Assembly: GCA_965223545.1 (NCBI GenBank)
Contig: OZ245006.1
Location: 32,001 to 96,000 of the forward strand
Direction: 5' to 3'
DNA from: Planctomycetota bacterium
GTDB lineage: Bacteria > Planctomycetota > UBA1135 > UBA2386
DNA length: 64,000 nt
Shown: positions 1-9,669 of the stretch, in pieces
How positions within the stretch are numbered: position 1 is the stretch's first letter
Layout: every line of letters begins with the position of its first letter
Position numbers and translations under genes: made by a program
Notes under the pieces: model-generated
The model's input: the letters and a program-made list of their open reading frames with translations, nothing else
Database searches by the model: none
Told to the model about the DNA's origin: nothing

Positions 1-1090
1 CGGCCGACCGCGCAACGATCCCGTCGGCGAGGCGCGCACCGCGGCCGACGGCAGCTTCGCCATCGAAGGCGTACCTGCCGGCAGCTACGTCGTGACCGTG
101 GCCGCCGAGGGCTACTTGGAGCTCGAGGAGCCGGGCGTGAGCCTGCGCGCCGACAGCGCGGCGGATCGCACGTTGACCCTCGTCGCCGGCGGGGTGATCC
201 GGGGCGCGATCCTGGATCACCGCGAGGGCGAGGAGGCCATGGTGATCGCCAGCGGTACGGACGGCCGCCGGCACCGGGGCGAGGTCGATCCCGTGCTCGG
301 CACCTACGAGATCGGCGGTCTGCCGGCGGGTGGTTACCAGGTCACGCTGATGGACGTCGATGGCAACGGCCGTCGCGCGCTGCTGGCGAGGCTCGTGCAG
401 GGCGAGCAGGGCACCGATGTGTTCGTTCGCGAAGGCGCCGAGGTGCGCTTCGATCTGCGCCACGCCCCGGTCGACGTCGGCAGCGTGACGGGTGTCCTGA
501 CGCTCAATGGAGCCCCGCGGGAGGGGGTCCTCGTGCAGCTGGCTCCGACCAGTGGGCCGATGGCCGCGGGTCAGAACAGCGGCGGTCGCGAATGGGCCCG
601 CGCAGCTTGGCTGTGGTCGGACCGCACCAGTGCCGAGGGCCGCTTCAGCATCGCGGACGTGCCGCCGGGTGGATTCGAGCTGCGCGTCACCGCCGCCGGT
701 GGCGGGGGGCCACGCCGCGGAGGCAGCTCCGGCGAGCCGCTGCACGTCGAACCACTGCAGGTTGTCGCCGGGGCGCCCACCACCGTCGACCTCGCGGTGT
801 CGGTCGGCAGCGTCGAGGTGATGGTGCCGGGGCTCGCCGTGGGCCAGCGGGCCGCTGTCTGGATGGTCTTGACGGAAGAAGCGGCCGGACGCCCGCCGAC
901 GGAATGGCGTGGCCTGGGGTCGGTGCAGATTCTGCGCCTGACGGAGGGCACCACCGGCGAGCGGGTCGTTGCGCCGGGCGCCTACCGGGCAGCCGTGCTC
1001 GGTGGCGAAGTGCGTTCCGACCCCGTCGACGTGACCGTGGCCACAGGCGCTCCCACCCGACTGGTGATCGAGATCACCGACGGCGGGTGA
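1..1090 (+). CDS. Carboxypeptidase-regulatory-like (beta-sandwich repeat) protein, 5'-truncated by the window edge
   Basis: Frame is open from position 2 (GRPRNDPVGEARTAADGSFAIEGVPAGSYVVTV). Repeated T..DG.F.h..hP.G.Y.h.V motifs (RTSAEGRFSIADVPPGGFELRV, GTYEIGGLPAGGYQVTL). Confidence 0.7.
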   Translation, partial: GRPRNDPVGEARTAADGSFAIEGVPAGSYVVTVAAEGYLELEEPGVSLRADSAADRTLTLVAGGVIRGAILDHREGEEAMVIASGTDGRRHRGEVDPVLGTYEIGGLPAGGYQVTLMDVDGNGRRALLARLVQGEQGTDVFVREGAEVRFDLRHAPVDVGSVTGVLTLNGAPREGVLVQLAPTSGPMAAGQNSGGREWARAAWLWSDRTSAEGRFSIADVPPGGFELRVTAAGGGGPRRGGSSGEPLHVEPLQVVAGAPTTVDLAVSVGSVEVMVPGLAVGQRAAVWMVLTEEAAGRPPTEWRGLGSVQILRLTEGTTGERVVAPGAYRAAVLGGEVRSDPVDVTVATGAPTRLVIEITDGG

Positions 1091-1205
1091 GCCGTGCGGA
1101 TGCCTGAATCACCCCACCCTAGAGTTTCGGGCCGGAGCTACCCGCGTGGCGGGCAGGCAACGTCCGGCTCCCCCCTGTGTTGTTTCGTTCCGAGGTAGGA
1201 CACCG

Positions 1206-2342
1206 ATGTCGCATGGCATGATTTGGTTCGTTCCGGCGCTGTGCGCCGCTCCGCTGCTCGGCCAACAGGCCGCGTTGACCCATGGCCCCGCGGTGGACGT
1301 GCGGGTCTCGATCGACACCACGGTGACGAGTGAGAGCCAGCGGGCAGTGACGATCGACGGCGAGGAGCCCGATTTCGGCAACCGCGGGTTTGGCCGCGGC
1401 CGCGGCGGCGGCAAGACCACCGCCGCGCGCCAGATCGTGTTCGAGCAGGCGGCCGACGGCAGCTGGCGCCGCTATGACGAGCTCCGTTCGGTCAGCGAGC
1501 GTCCCGGCCGGGACGGCGAGTCGGCGCGCGCCGAGGTCGAGGGCGCGCTGGCCGGCAAGAAGGTCCGCTGGTCGAAGGGCGAGGCTGGCGAGACGGTACT
1601 GATCGCCGAGGGCGAGGACGGTGCCGAGGCCCTGCCCGCTGCCTACGCGCGCGGTGCCCGGGCGCTTGATTTGGCGGCCGTGCTGCCTGGCAAGGTGGTC
1701 GAGGTCGGCGAGGAGTTCGAGCTGGGATCCGACCTGCGCGCCCTGTTGCTGGCTCTGGACCACCCGGTGGTGCCGGCGCGCGAACAGGGCGGCGAACGCC
1801 GCGGCGACCGGGGTGACCGCGGTGACCGCGGTGAGCGGCGGGGCGAGGGCCGCGGTGGGCGCGGCGAGGGGCGCGCGGGGCGCGGCGAGGGTGCCGGGCG
1901 CGGCGGGCGCGGCTTCCGGCGAGGCGGCGGCAGTGGCATCGAGGCGTTGCTCGCCAATGACAAGTTGGCCTTCTCCGGCAGCGGGAAGTTGGTGGCGATC
2001 GAAGAGGAGGGCGACGCGCGCCGCGCGAAGATCGCGCTCGCCGCCAAGCTCGAAGCCAGCGGCGACGCCGAGCAGCTGGGCCTGGGTGGCGGAATGGGTT
2101 TTCGCCGGGGAGGTGGAGACGCCGGGACCTCGACTGCGGTCGCCGCGGTGCAATGGACCGGTCACGCGTGGTTCGATCTGGTGGCGAGCCAAGTGACGCG
2201 CATCGATCTGGCCGGCAGCTGGAAGCAAAGCACCGAGAGCAAGCGGATGGTCAACTTCGACGGCCAGGAGGGCGAGCTCGAGACCCGTTCGAGCACCGAG
2301 GGCACGTTCGAGGTCGCGGTGCGCGCAGAGCCGACGCGCTGA
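1206..2342 (+). CDS. Hypothetical secreted protein with RG/RGD-rich low-complexity inserts
   Basis: GAGGTAGGA upstream of ATG 1206; signal-peptide-like N-terminus (MSHGMIWFVPALCAAPLLGQ); beta-rich body; host-like codon usage. Confidence 0.7.
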   Translation: MSHGMIWFVPALCAAPLLGQQAALTHGPAVDVRVSIDTTVTSESQRAVTIDGEEPDFGNRGFGRGRGGGKTTAARQIVFEQAADGSWRRYDELRSVSERPGRDGESARAEVEGALAGKKVRWSKGEAGETVLIAEGEDGAEALPAAYARGARALDLAAVLPGKVVEVGEEFELGSDLRALLLALDHPVVPAREQGGERRGDRGDRGDRGERRGEGRGGRGEGRAGRGEGAGRGGRGFRRGGGSGIEALLANDKLAFSGSGKLVAIEEEGDARRAKIALAAKLEASGDAEQLGLGGGMGFRRGGGDAGTSTAVAAVQWTGHAWFDLVASQVTRIDLAGSWKQSTESKRMVNFDGQEGELETRSSTEGTFEVAVRAEPTR

Positions 2343-2353
2343 GCGCGACAGCC

Positions 2354-2977
2354 ATGCCGCCCCCGACCGTCGCACTGCGCTCCCTCGCGCGCCGGGATCC
2401 CGCGCTGGGCCGCGCCATGCGCCGCGTCGCGCCCTACCCGGGGTTCCCGCAGCGCGGTCGCGGCGCGCCGGGCTCTCGCTTCCACGCCCTGGCGCGCGCC
2501 ATCATCTTCCAGCAGCTCGCCGGGGCGGCGGCGCGCACGATCCACGCTCGGGTCGCGGCGCTGACGCCAGGGCCCCGGTTTCCGTCTCCAGACGAACTGA
2601 GCGCGCTGCCGGAGGCCGCGCTGCGCGCCGCGGGCCTGTCCCGCGGCAAGCTGGCCAGCCTGCGCGATCTCGCGGCCCGCGTCGGCGACGGCCGGCTGCG
2701 GCTGCGCGGCATGCACCGCCTCGACGACGACGACGTCATCGAGCGCCTGGTCGAGGTCCGCGGGATCGGCGAGTGGACCGCCCAGATGTTCTTGATGTTC
2801 GAGCTCGGCCGCCTCGATGTGATGCCCACCGGCGACCTCGGCGTCCGCGAGGGAATGCGTCGACTCGACGGCCTCGCCGAGCGCCCGACGCCCACCGCCC
2901 TCGACCAGCGCGCCCAAATCTGGGCCCCACTCCGCAGCGTCGGCGCCTGGGTCCTCTGGCGCCTCGCCGACGAGTAG
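2354..2977 (+). CDS. alkA: DNA-3-methyladenine glycosylase II (AlkA/HhH-GPD family)
   Basis: Motifs LARAIIFQQL, GLSRGK, HhH VRGIGEWTAQMFL, PTGDLGVR, W.P.RS. Confidence 0.9.
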   Translation: MPPPTVALRSLARRDPALGRAMRRVAPYPGFPQRGRGAPGSRFHALARAIIFQQLAGAAARTIHARVAALTPGPRFPSPDELSALPEAALRAAGLSRGKLASLRDLAARVGDGRLRLRGMHRLDDDDVIERLVEVRGIGEWTAQMFLMFELGRLDVMPTGDLGVREGMRRLDGLAERPTPTALDQRAQIWAPLRSVGAWVLWRLADE

Positions 2978-3018
2978 TACCGAGTCAGACTCGATTTTCT
3001 CGCTTCGCCGCGCCCGGC

Positions 3019-5340
3019 CTACTGGCCGAACCGCGCCAAGACCGCGTTGGAGAAGCTCAGCCCCTGCGGCAGGCTCGGGTCCAGCGAGACGTACTGCAGC
3101 GCGAGGTTGAGTGGCGTGCCGCGTCCATTGATCGGGAACGACACGCTGCCGGTCGGTCCGGTGGCGACCAGGATCGAGGACAACAGTCCCGTTCCCGAGA
3201 CGATCGTGCCGCCGGCGATCGGCAGATCGGGCAGCCCGGGCGTGGAAATGACCAACGCCGCCGGCGCCAGCGGAGTGGCGTCCGTCAACGTCAGCTGGCT
3301 ACTCTCACCGGTCTTCAGGCCGGTGCCGCAGAAGGTGAGGATCGAGGAACCCGGACCGGTGCCGCCGAGGTCCATCTGGCAATCGGTGGTGGCACCGACG
3401 AACAACAGCGTGTCGTAGTCCTGATCTTCGGTCTCGCCGAAGACACCGTTCTCGTTGCGGTCGTAGCTGATCGTAGCGTGCACGACGACGCCGCCGAGAT
3501 GCAAGGGGTCGCGGTTGGCAACGGCGTTGTGGTCCTGGCCGTTGTGGCCGTCGGCGCAAATGTTTTGCGACCACGCCGTGTTGGAGCTGATCGAGTTGCT
3601 GTCGGCGATGCCGATGAAGTCGATCTGGTAGTCGATGCCCGAATTCGCGCCGCTGAACACGTCGCGCACTTGGAATACGAGCTCCAACTCGTAGCCCAGA
3701 GTGGTGGGGTCGAGCACGGCGCGCACCAAGCCGGTGCTGAACGTCGAGGTGGCACCAAAGATCTCGATTGCCGAGACGAACCAGATGTTGCCCCCCGAGT
3801 CGACCATCGGCGAGGTCATCGACGGCCCGAATGGCGTGCCGCCGGTGACGCGGTCGAGCGTGGTCAGGCGGCCGATGGCGTTGCCGCCGGGTCCGTCGAG
3901 CAACTCCTTGCCGACGACTCCCGCCGAGCTCGAGTTGTAGGCCGCGATCGTCCACTGCGCGTTGCCGTTGTCGTCGACGAACGCCACCGGAATGAAGTGC
4001 TGGTTCCAGTTGGGGCCGGAATCCGACGGGTGGTCCATGACCGCCGCGACCACGAGCCGCCCCTGCGGATCGATGTTCATGCCGACCTGGCCGTTGCCGC
4101 CACGGAACGCCACCTGGCTGTGGTAGTGGTCGAACTCGTTGGTGCCCGGGATGTTGGTGACCAGCGTCACCGGGTCGGTGATCGTGCCGGGCGGGATCAA
4201 GCCGATCGAGCCGGTGACGTTCGCGCTGGCATCGATGCCGAACACGTTCATCACCGTCGTGTTGCTGCCCTGATCCTGCCCCAGCACCGCGGCGATGCCG
4301 TGCGTGCTGGCGACCGAGGCGTGGTTCTTCTCGATGGTCGACATGCCGCCACGGTGGCCGGTCACCGTCGACGCGAGGTGCCCCGTGCCCTGGGCCAGGG
4401 TGGCGAACGTCGACCCGCGGACGTACTCGTTGTTGAAGTTCGTCCCCATCATGATGGGCACACCGATGTTGCCGATGGTCGGCGTGTTGTGCGTGGATTG
4501 CGCCTGCTGCAGCAGCCAGTTGGTCGCCGTGGCGTCGAACAGCCCGAAGGGATACTCGAGGCTGATGACGTTCATGATGTCGCAGTCGCGCATCGCGGCA
4601 CCGACCATGTAGACGTTGTCGCCGGACAGCGGCGTCAGCGACGCCGCGGCGCAGGTCGCGCCGACGACACCGAAGCCGTCCGCGCGGAAGATGGTGAACC
4701 CATCGGCATCGACGGCACCGAAGCCGAAGGTCGCCAGCTCGGCGCCCGTGTCACAGCCCGAGATGGCGGACAACACGCGGTCGACGTAGAGCCTGGTCGA
4801 GTTGATCGGGTCGTAGCGGACCAGCGCGGTGACGATGGCACCGAAGGGCACACCCGCATCCGTCGTGCCGAACTCGGTGAAGGCGGCGGCGAACTGATTG
4901 CCGTTGACGCCGGCGCTGATCGGAAACGCGGGATCGTTGATCGCCGGATCGTTGTTGACGCCGCGGCCGGCGGTCTGACTCCAGAAGCCGAAGGTGCCCG
5001 GGATCGGCATGTTCGACAGCTGTGCCCGGCTCATGGCCTGCGCGCCGAGAACGCCGGTGAAGAACGTCGAGCTGACCTTGCTGGACTTGACCAGCGGGCC
5101 GATGCCGAACTGCGTGCCCCAAGAAGTGCCGAACGGCACCAGATCGAGCACGTACTGATTGCATTGCTCGCTTCCGTTCGTCGCGGTGTTGTCGGCCCAC
5201 GGTGGGACCGCGTCGCCGGGGAGGCCGTTGGTCTTGGACACACTGTCCTGCGCGACCAGCGGGGCGCCACCGACCACCGCGGCGGCGGCGGCGAGCGCGA
5301 GAAGAGAGCGCTGGGAGGGGCAACGAGATGCGGAGGGCAT
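3019..5340 (-). CDS. Large secreted hypothetical protein (773 aa) with C-terminal candidate sorting domain
   Basis: Signal peptide (RSLLALAAAAAVVGGAPLVAQ); AGGA upstream; G/N/T/D-rich beta-type body; ends LALQYVSLDP...LSFSNAVLARFGQ. Confidence 0.8.
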   Translation of the reverse strand: MPSASRCPSQRSLLALAAAAAVVGGAPLVAQDSVSKTNGLPGDAVPPWADNTATNGSEQCNQYVLDLVPFGTSWGTQFGIGPLVKSSKVSSTFFTGVLGAQAMSRAQLSNMPIPGTFGFWSQTAGRGVNNDPAINDPAFPISAGVNGNQFAAAFTEFGTTDAGVPFGAIVTALVRYDPINSTRLYVDRVLSAISGCDTGAELATFGFGAVDADGFTIFRADGFGVVGATCAAASLTPLSGDNVYMVGAAMRDCDIMNVISLEYPFGLFDATATNWLLQQAQSTHNTPTIGNIGVPIMMGTNFNNEYVRGSTFATLAQGTGHLASTVTGHRGGMSTIEKNHASVASTHGIAAVLGQDQGSNTTVMNVFGIDASANVTGSIGLIPPGTITDPVTLVTNIPGTNEFDHYHSQVAFRGGNGQVGMNIDPQGRLVVAAVMDHPSDSGPNWNQHFIPVAFVDDNGNAQWTIAAYNSSSAGVVGKELLDGPGGNAIGRLTTLDRVTGGTPFGPSMTSPMVDSGGNIWFVSAIEIFGATSTFSTGLVRAVLDPTTLGYELELVFQVRDVFSGANSGIDYQIDFIGIADSNSISSNTAWSQNICADGHNGQDHNAVANRDPLHLGGVVVHATISYDRNENGVFGETEDQDYDTLLFVGATTDCQMDLGGTGPGSSILTFCGTGLKTGESSQLTLTDATPLAPAALVISTPGLPDLPIAGGTIVSGTGLLSSILVATGPTGSVSFPINGRGTPLNLALQYVSLDPSLPQGLSFSNAVLARFGQ

Positions 5341-5460
5341 GGGCTGTTCCTGCTGAGGCGGAGTGTCGAAACTCGTTGGCGGCGGGGCCAGGACGGCCGC
5401 CGGCGCACGGCATGACCATAGCCGCAGCGCGACACCGGCGCGCGGGCCGATTGGCCACAG

Positions 5461-5504
5461 CCCGGAAGCGCGCTCCCAACTGACGTTGGGAACGTGGCTT
5501 CGGG
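5461..5504. other. Imperfect inverted repeat or hairpin between the ADH gene and the secreted-protein gene
   Basis: Core stem TCCCAAC-TGAC-GTTGGGA (5474-5491), extended by CCCGGAAGC/GCTTCGGG. No U-tract, so terminator function is unproven. Confidence 0.4.
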
Positions 5505-5520
5505 AAACGCGGCCCTCGTT

Positions 5521-6627
5521 CTACGCGTCGCCGTCGGGCGTGATCAACGCCTTGACGGCGGAGCCATCGCCGACCGCGGCCATCGCCTCGGCGGCGCGGT
5601 CGAGGCGAAAGCGCTGCAGCGGCACCTTGCTCCACGCCTGGCCCAGATCGGGATGCGCGGTGATCTCGATGGCGCGGTGGAAGTGCGAGAAGTCGGAGCC
5701 CCACGACGCACGCACCTCGAGATGCTTGGCGTTGAGATCCGAATGCGGATTGAAGCGCGCCTCGCCGCGGTCGGTGTACTGCCCGACGACGACCAGACGG
5801 CCGGCGTCGCGCGCCGCGCGCAGGCCGGTGACGACGGCATCGGGTGCGCCCGATGCCTCGATCACCACGTCGGCGCCCCGACCGTCCGTGTGCGCGCGCA
5901 CCCATTCGAGCAGATCGCTGAGCTCGCGCTCGCGGAAGTCGATGGTGGCATCGGCGCCGACGGCGCGGGCGACCTCCAGCCGCGCACTCGGCGCGCCGAC
6001 GACCAGGACCGTGCCGGCGCCGCGCACGCGCGCGAGCGCGGCCAGGGACAGCCCGACCGGACCCGCGCCGAGGATCAGCACGCTGTCCGCGATGCCGATC
6101 TCCGCGCGCTCGATGGCGTGGATCGCCGTCGGCAAACCGCAGCCACCGGCCATGAACCGCTGCGGGTCGGCGTCGCCGAGCGGAAGCACACGGGTTCCGG
6201 GGCGCAGGTAGACCGCTTCGGCCCAGCCACCGGCGAGGCCATCGTCGGCGCCGTAGGTGATGCCGTACACCCGCCGCGACGGGCAACGCGTGCTGGCCTT
6301 GGCGACCGCGCAGTACCAGCAGACGTTGCAGGTGCGATGGACGTCGAGGAACGTCACCCTATCGCCTTCCTGCACCGCGGTGCCGTCCACCGTCCGCATG
6401 CTGCCGCGCAGCTTCTCGATCCGGCCCACGGTCACGTGGCCGGGGATCAACGGGTAGGGGACTCCCGCCAGCAGGCCGTCGCGCAGATGCAGGTCGGTGC
6501 CACACACCTCGCTGCTGAGCACGCGCAGCAGTGCCGAGTCCGGCTCCAGGGCCGGTACCCGCATCTCGCGCAGCTCGACCTCGCGGCCGGGCGCGGGGAT
6601 CACCGCAGCACGCACGGTGTCACTCAT
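5521..6627 (-). CDS. Zinc-dependent alcohol dehydrogenase (MDR superfamily)
   Basis: VCGTDLH, structural Zn site C-x2-C-x2-C-x7-C, GCGLPT, Rossmann GAGPVG, DVVIEASG; ATG overlaps the ogt stop (ATGA). Confidence 0.9.
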   Translation of the reverse strand: MSDTVRAAVIPAPGREVELREMRVPALEPDSALLRVLSSEVCGTDLHLRDGLLAGVPYPLIPGHVTVGRIEKLRGSMRTVDGTAVQEGDRVTFLDVHRTCNVCWYCAVAKASTRCPSRRVYGITYGADDGLAGGWAEAVYLRPGTRVLPLGDADPQRFMAGGCGLPTAIHAIERAEIGIADSVLILGAGPVGLSLAALARVRGAGTVLVVGAPSARLEVARAVGADATIDFRERELSDLLEWVRAHTDGRGADVVIEASGAPDAVVTGLRAARDAGRLVVVGQYTDRGEARFNPHSDLNAKHLEVRASWGSDFSHFHRAIEITAHPDLGQAWSKVPLQRFRLDRAAEAMAAVGDGSAVKALITPDGDA

Positions 6628-7142
6628 CGTGGACTCCTGGCAAACAGCGTCGCGCCCTGGTCTTCGTGCTCCAACAGCCATTGCTTGGTCGGCAGGCCGC
6701 CGCCGAAGCCGGTCAGCCGGCCGTCCGCACCGACCACGCGATGGCACGGAATGACGATGGCGATCGGGTTGGCGTGGTTGGCGGCGCCCACCGCACGCGC
6801 CGCGCCGGGCCGACCGATGCTGGCGGCGATTGCGCCGTAGCTGCGCGTCTCGCCGTACGGAATCCGTTGCAATGCGCGCCACACCTGCCGCTGGAACGGC
6901 GTTCCCTCCGGCGCGAGTGCAAGCTCGAACCCGCGCCGGTCGCCCGACAGGTACTCCCGCAGTTGGCGCTCTGCCGGCGCGGTGCGCGCGGGATCCGAGT
7001 CCAGCGACGCGCGCTCGGCGAGCGCGCTCTCGGCGGCGGGCGGGTCGAACGCGAGCCGGACCAGGGCACCGGCGGGGTCGACGGCCAGCAGTATCGGCCC
7101 GAACGGGCATCGCACCCTGCGCGTGAACAGGCGATCTCTCAC
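6624..7142 (-). CDS. ogt: Methylated-DNA--protein-cysteine S-methyltransferase
   Basis: GTPFQRQVW, IPYGETRSYG, ARAVGAAN, active site PCHRVV, K.WLL.HE; GTG start overlaps the upstream TGA (GTGA). Confidence 0.93.
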   Translation of the reverse strand: MRDRLFTRRVRCPFGPILLAVDPAGALVRLAFDPPAAESALAERASLDSDPARTAPAERQLREYLSGDRRGFELALAPEGTPFQRQVWRALQRIPYGETRSYGAIAASIGRPGAARAVGAANHANPIAIVIPCHRVVGADGRLTGFGGGLPTKQWLLEHEDQGATLFARSPR

Positions 7143-7489
7143 CACAGCTCCGCCAGGCGTTCGGGGGGGCGGGCGATGACGGCGCGCGCGCCGCGCTGGA
7201 CGATCGGTCGCTCCAACAACTCGGGGTGCGCGACGAGCGCCGCGATGCGGCGGTCGCGATCGGCGTCGGCGAGGCCCAGCTCCGCGGCCAGCGGCGCCTT
7301 GTAGCGCACGATCGAGCGGGCCTCTGCATCGCCGAGCGCGGTGCAGAGCGCGCCGAGCTCGCCGGCGTCGAGCGGTGCCGCGAGGTAGTCGCGGACGCGG
7401 TGCGGAATCGCCCGTTCGCGCAACAGTTGCGCGGCAGCGCGCGACTTGGAGCAGGCCGGGTTGGCGTAGAGCGTGACGTCGGACTCCAT
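7139..7489 (-). CDS. ArsC/Spx family reductase (arsenate reductase-like)
   Basis: YANPACSKSR near the N-terminus, HPELLERPIV, RPPE. Confidence 0.85.
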   Translation of the reverse strand: MESDVTLYANPACSKSRAAAQLLRERAIPHRVRDYLAAPLDAGELGALCTALGDAEARSIVRYKAPLAAELGLADADRDRRIAALVAHPELLERPIVQRGARAVIARPPERLAELW

Positions 7490-7568
7490 CGCCGCTGATG
7501 TTACCGGCCGGACCAGCCCGCCCGCAGCGGTTTCGCCGCCGCCGCCCATCACGCGGTATGGTCTCGGC

Positions 7569-8723
7569 GTGCCGCGCCCCGCAACTTTCTTCGCCACTTG
7601 TGCCCCCGGCGTCGAGCCGTTCCTCCACCGCGAGCTCCGCGCCCTGCGCGTCGGCAAGCTCGAACGCCAGGTCGGTGGCGTGCGGTTCGCGGGCAGCATG
7701 GAGGATGCCTGGCGCGCCAACCTGTGGTTGCGCACCGCGATCCGCGTCCTGCTGCGCCTGGGGAGGTTCGCCGCCCCCGACAGCGACGCGCTCTACCGGG
7801 GCATTCGGCAGATCGATTGGCACCAGTGGCTGCGTCCGGACGGCGCCTTGCTGGTCGACGCGCAGGCGAGGGACTCGGCGCTCGACCACTCGCAGTTCGT
7901 CGCGCAGCGGACCAAGGACGCGATCGTCGACCAGCTGCGCGCGCGGGCCGGAGTGCGGCCGTCGGTCGACAAGGAGCGGCCCGATGTGCGCGTCCACGTC
8001 CACCTGTTCCGCGACCGCGCCACCGTGTCGCTGGACACCTCCGGGGATTCGCTGCACAAGCGCGGCTGGCGCCGTTACCAGGGCTTCGCGCCGCTGTCGG
8101 AGACCGGAGCAGCGGCGTTGCTGATGATGGCGGACTGGGATCTGCGCTCCCCCTTGCTCGACCCGTTCTGCGGCTCCGGCACGATCCTCGTCGAGGCCGC
8201 CGCGATGGCCGCCAACGCCCCTCCGGGGATGCACCGCGGGTTCGCGTTCGAGCGCTGGGTCGATCACGATGCGAAGCGCTACGCGGCGCTGAAGAAAGCC
8301 GCGCTGGCCATGCGCCGGCCGCTGGGCAAGTGCGTGCTGCGCGGTGCCGACCTCGATTGGCGGCACGTCGAGGGCGCGCAGCAGAACATCGCCGCCGCCG
8401 GTTTCGAGGGAGCCATCGAGATCGGCCGCGCCGAGGCGCGCACCTTGGCGCCCCGCCGCGGCTGGAACGCGTGGATCGTCACCAACCCGCCGTTCGGGGA
8501 GCGGGTCTCCGATCGCGAGCGCGTCGGCGCCCTGTACCGCTCGTTCGGTCGGGTGTTGCGGCAGCGCTGCGCCGACTACTGGGTCGGCATCCTCGCCAGC
8601 CGCGACGTACTGCTCGACGCACTCGAGCTGCCGAACGCCACCCGTCACACGATCCTGCATGGCGGATTGGATTGCCGGGTGCTCTGCGGGCGGGTGCCGC
8701 AGAGCGAAGCCGCCGGCTCGTAG
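7569..8723 (+). CDS. THUMP-domain RNA m2G methyltransferase (RlmL/YpsC-like)
   Basis: ANLWLRTA, SLDTSGDSLHKRG, APLSET.AAALL, DPFCGSGT, NPPFGER. Confidence 0.88.
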   Translation: MPRPATFFATCAPGVEPFLHRELRALRVGKLERQVGGVRFAGSMEDAWRANLWLRTAIRVLLRLGRFAAPDSDALYRGIRQIDWHQWLRPDGALLVDAQARDSALDHSQFVAQRTKDAIVDQLRARAGVRPSVDKERPDVRVHVHLFRDRATVSLDTSGDSLHKRGWRRYQGFAPLSETGAAALLMMADWDLRSPLLDPFCGSGTILVEAAAMAANAPPGMHRGFAFERWVDHDAKRYAALKKAALAMRRPLGKCVLRGADLDWRHVEGAQQNIAAAGFEGAIEIGRAEARTLAPRRGWNAWIVTNPPFGERVSDRERVGALYRSFGRVLRQRCADYWVGILASRDVLLDALELPNATRHTILHGGLDCRVLCGRVPQSEAAGS

Positions 8724-8863
8724 GGCGACTGCGTCGGGGCGCGCGTCGTCTCGTTTTGACGCCGATGCGGTGGCCCGGACGGGGAGTCCTGTTGCACTCC
8801 TGTGCGGCGACCGCGGCCACCCGTCGATCAGCCTCACATCGGAACATGGAGGGAGGTTCGAGA

Positions 8864-9532
8864 ATGAGACGGGATTCTGCCGGGTTCACCTTGATTGAGC
8901 TCGTGATCGTGACGGTCGTGCTGGTGGTGCTGGCGAGCATCGCGGTACCGAGTCTGGTGCGCGGCCGCGCGACCGCCAATGAGTCGGCGGTGGTGGCGAC
9001 GATGCGGACCATCGCGAACGTGCAGTTCCAGGCCAAGGCCATGGAGCTCATCGACATGGACGGCGATGGCCAGTTCGAGTATCCGGGGTTGATGGAGGCC
9101 GCCGGTGTCGTGCCGTTGCGCGGCACCGGCGAGCGCCTGTCCCCGCCACTGCTGAGCGCGGCGTTCTCCAGCGTCGACGCCCAGGGCCGCTTGTTGCGGC
9201 ACGGCTACTACTTCGCGCTGCACCTGCCGGACGCGGCCGGGGTCGGTCTGCGCGAGACCGCCGCCAACCGCGCCTCGATCGAGCCGCTGCTGGCGGGTTC
9301 GTACTGGACCTGCCTGGCGTGGCCGTTCGACCGCCGCAGCACGGGCAAGCTCACCTACTTCGTCAACCAACACGGGGAAGTGCTGCGCACCTCGGACGGC
9401 GGTTACAGCGGCAACCTGGCGCCGCCGGCCGGCGCCGCCCTGCTGGGAGTGTCCGCCGACCGGATCGACAGCGAGCAGCTGGCGATCGGCACGGTGGGGG
9501 CCGACGGCAGCTTGTGGCGGCCTGTGCAGTAG
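8864..9532 (+). CDS. Prepilin-type N-terminal cleavage/methylation domain protein (type IV pilin/pseudopilin-like)
   Basis: GGAGG RBS; class III signal G/FTLIEL followed by a hydrophobic helix, then ANESA; C-terminal GYYF...AWP...TG..TYFVNQ.G.V. Confidence 0.88.
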   Translation: MRRDSAGFTLIELVIVTVVLVVLASIAVPSLVRGRATANESAVVATMRTIANVQFQAKAMELIDMDGDGQFEYPGLMEAAGVVPLRGTGERLSPPLLSAAFSSVDAQGRLLRHGYYFALHLPDAAGVGLRETAANRASIEPLLAGSYWTCLAWPFDRRSTGKLTYFVNQHGEVLRTSDGGYSGNLAPPAGAALLGVSADRIDSEQLAIGTVGADGSLWRPVQ

Positions 9533-9669
9533 CCCACAGGATGCGCGAAGCGCAGAATCAGGCGTGCCCCGGTGTCGCTGGCGGCACCCAACAGCCATCA
9601 TGATGGGGGCTTCCCACCATCAGCGATTCCGCGCGTGGCTGGGAGGTCCAATGACGGCGAGGTGCACCG

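Noticed and set aside
2773..5415. Very long alternative-frame ORFs (e.g. 2773-5415 +, 10212-13094 +, 29345-32263 +, 39816-43496 -)
   Set aside because: Antisense or frame-shifted shadows of real genes, expected in high-GC DNA; Arg/Ala/Gly-rich with no motifs.
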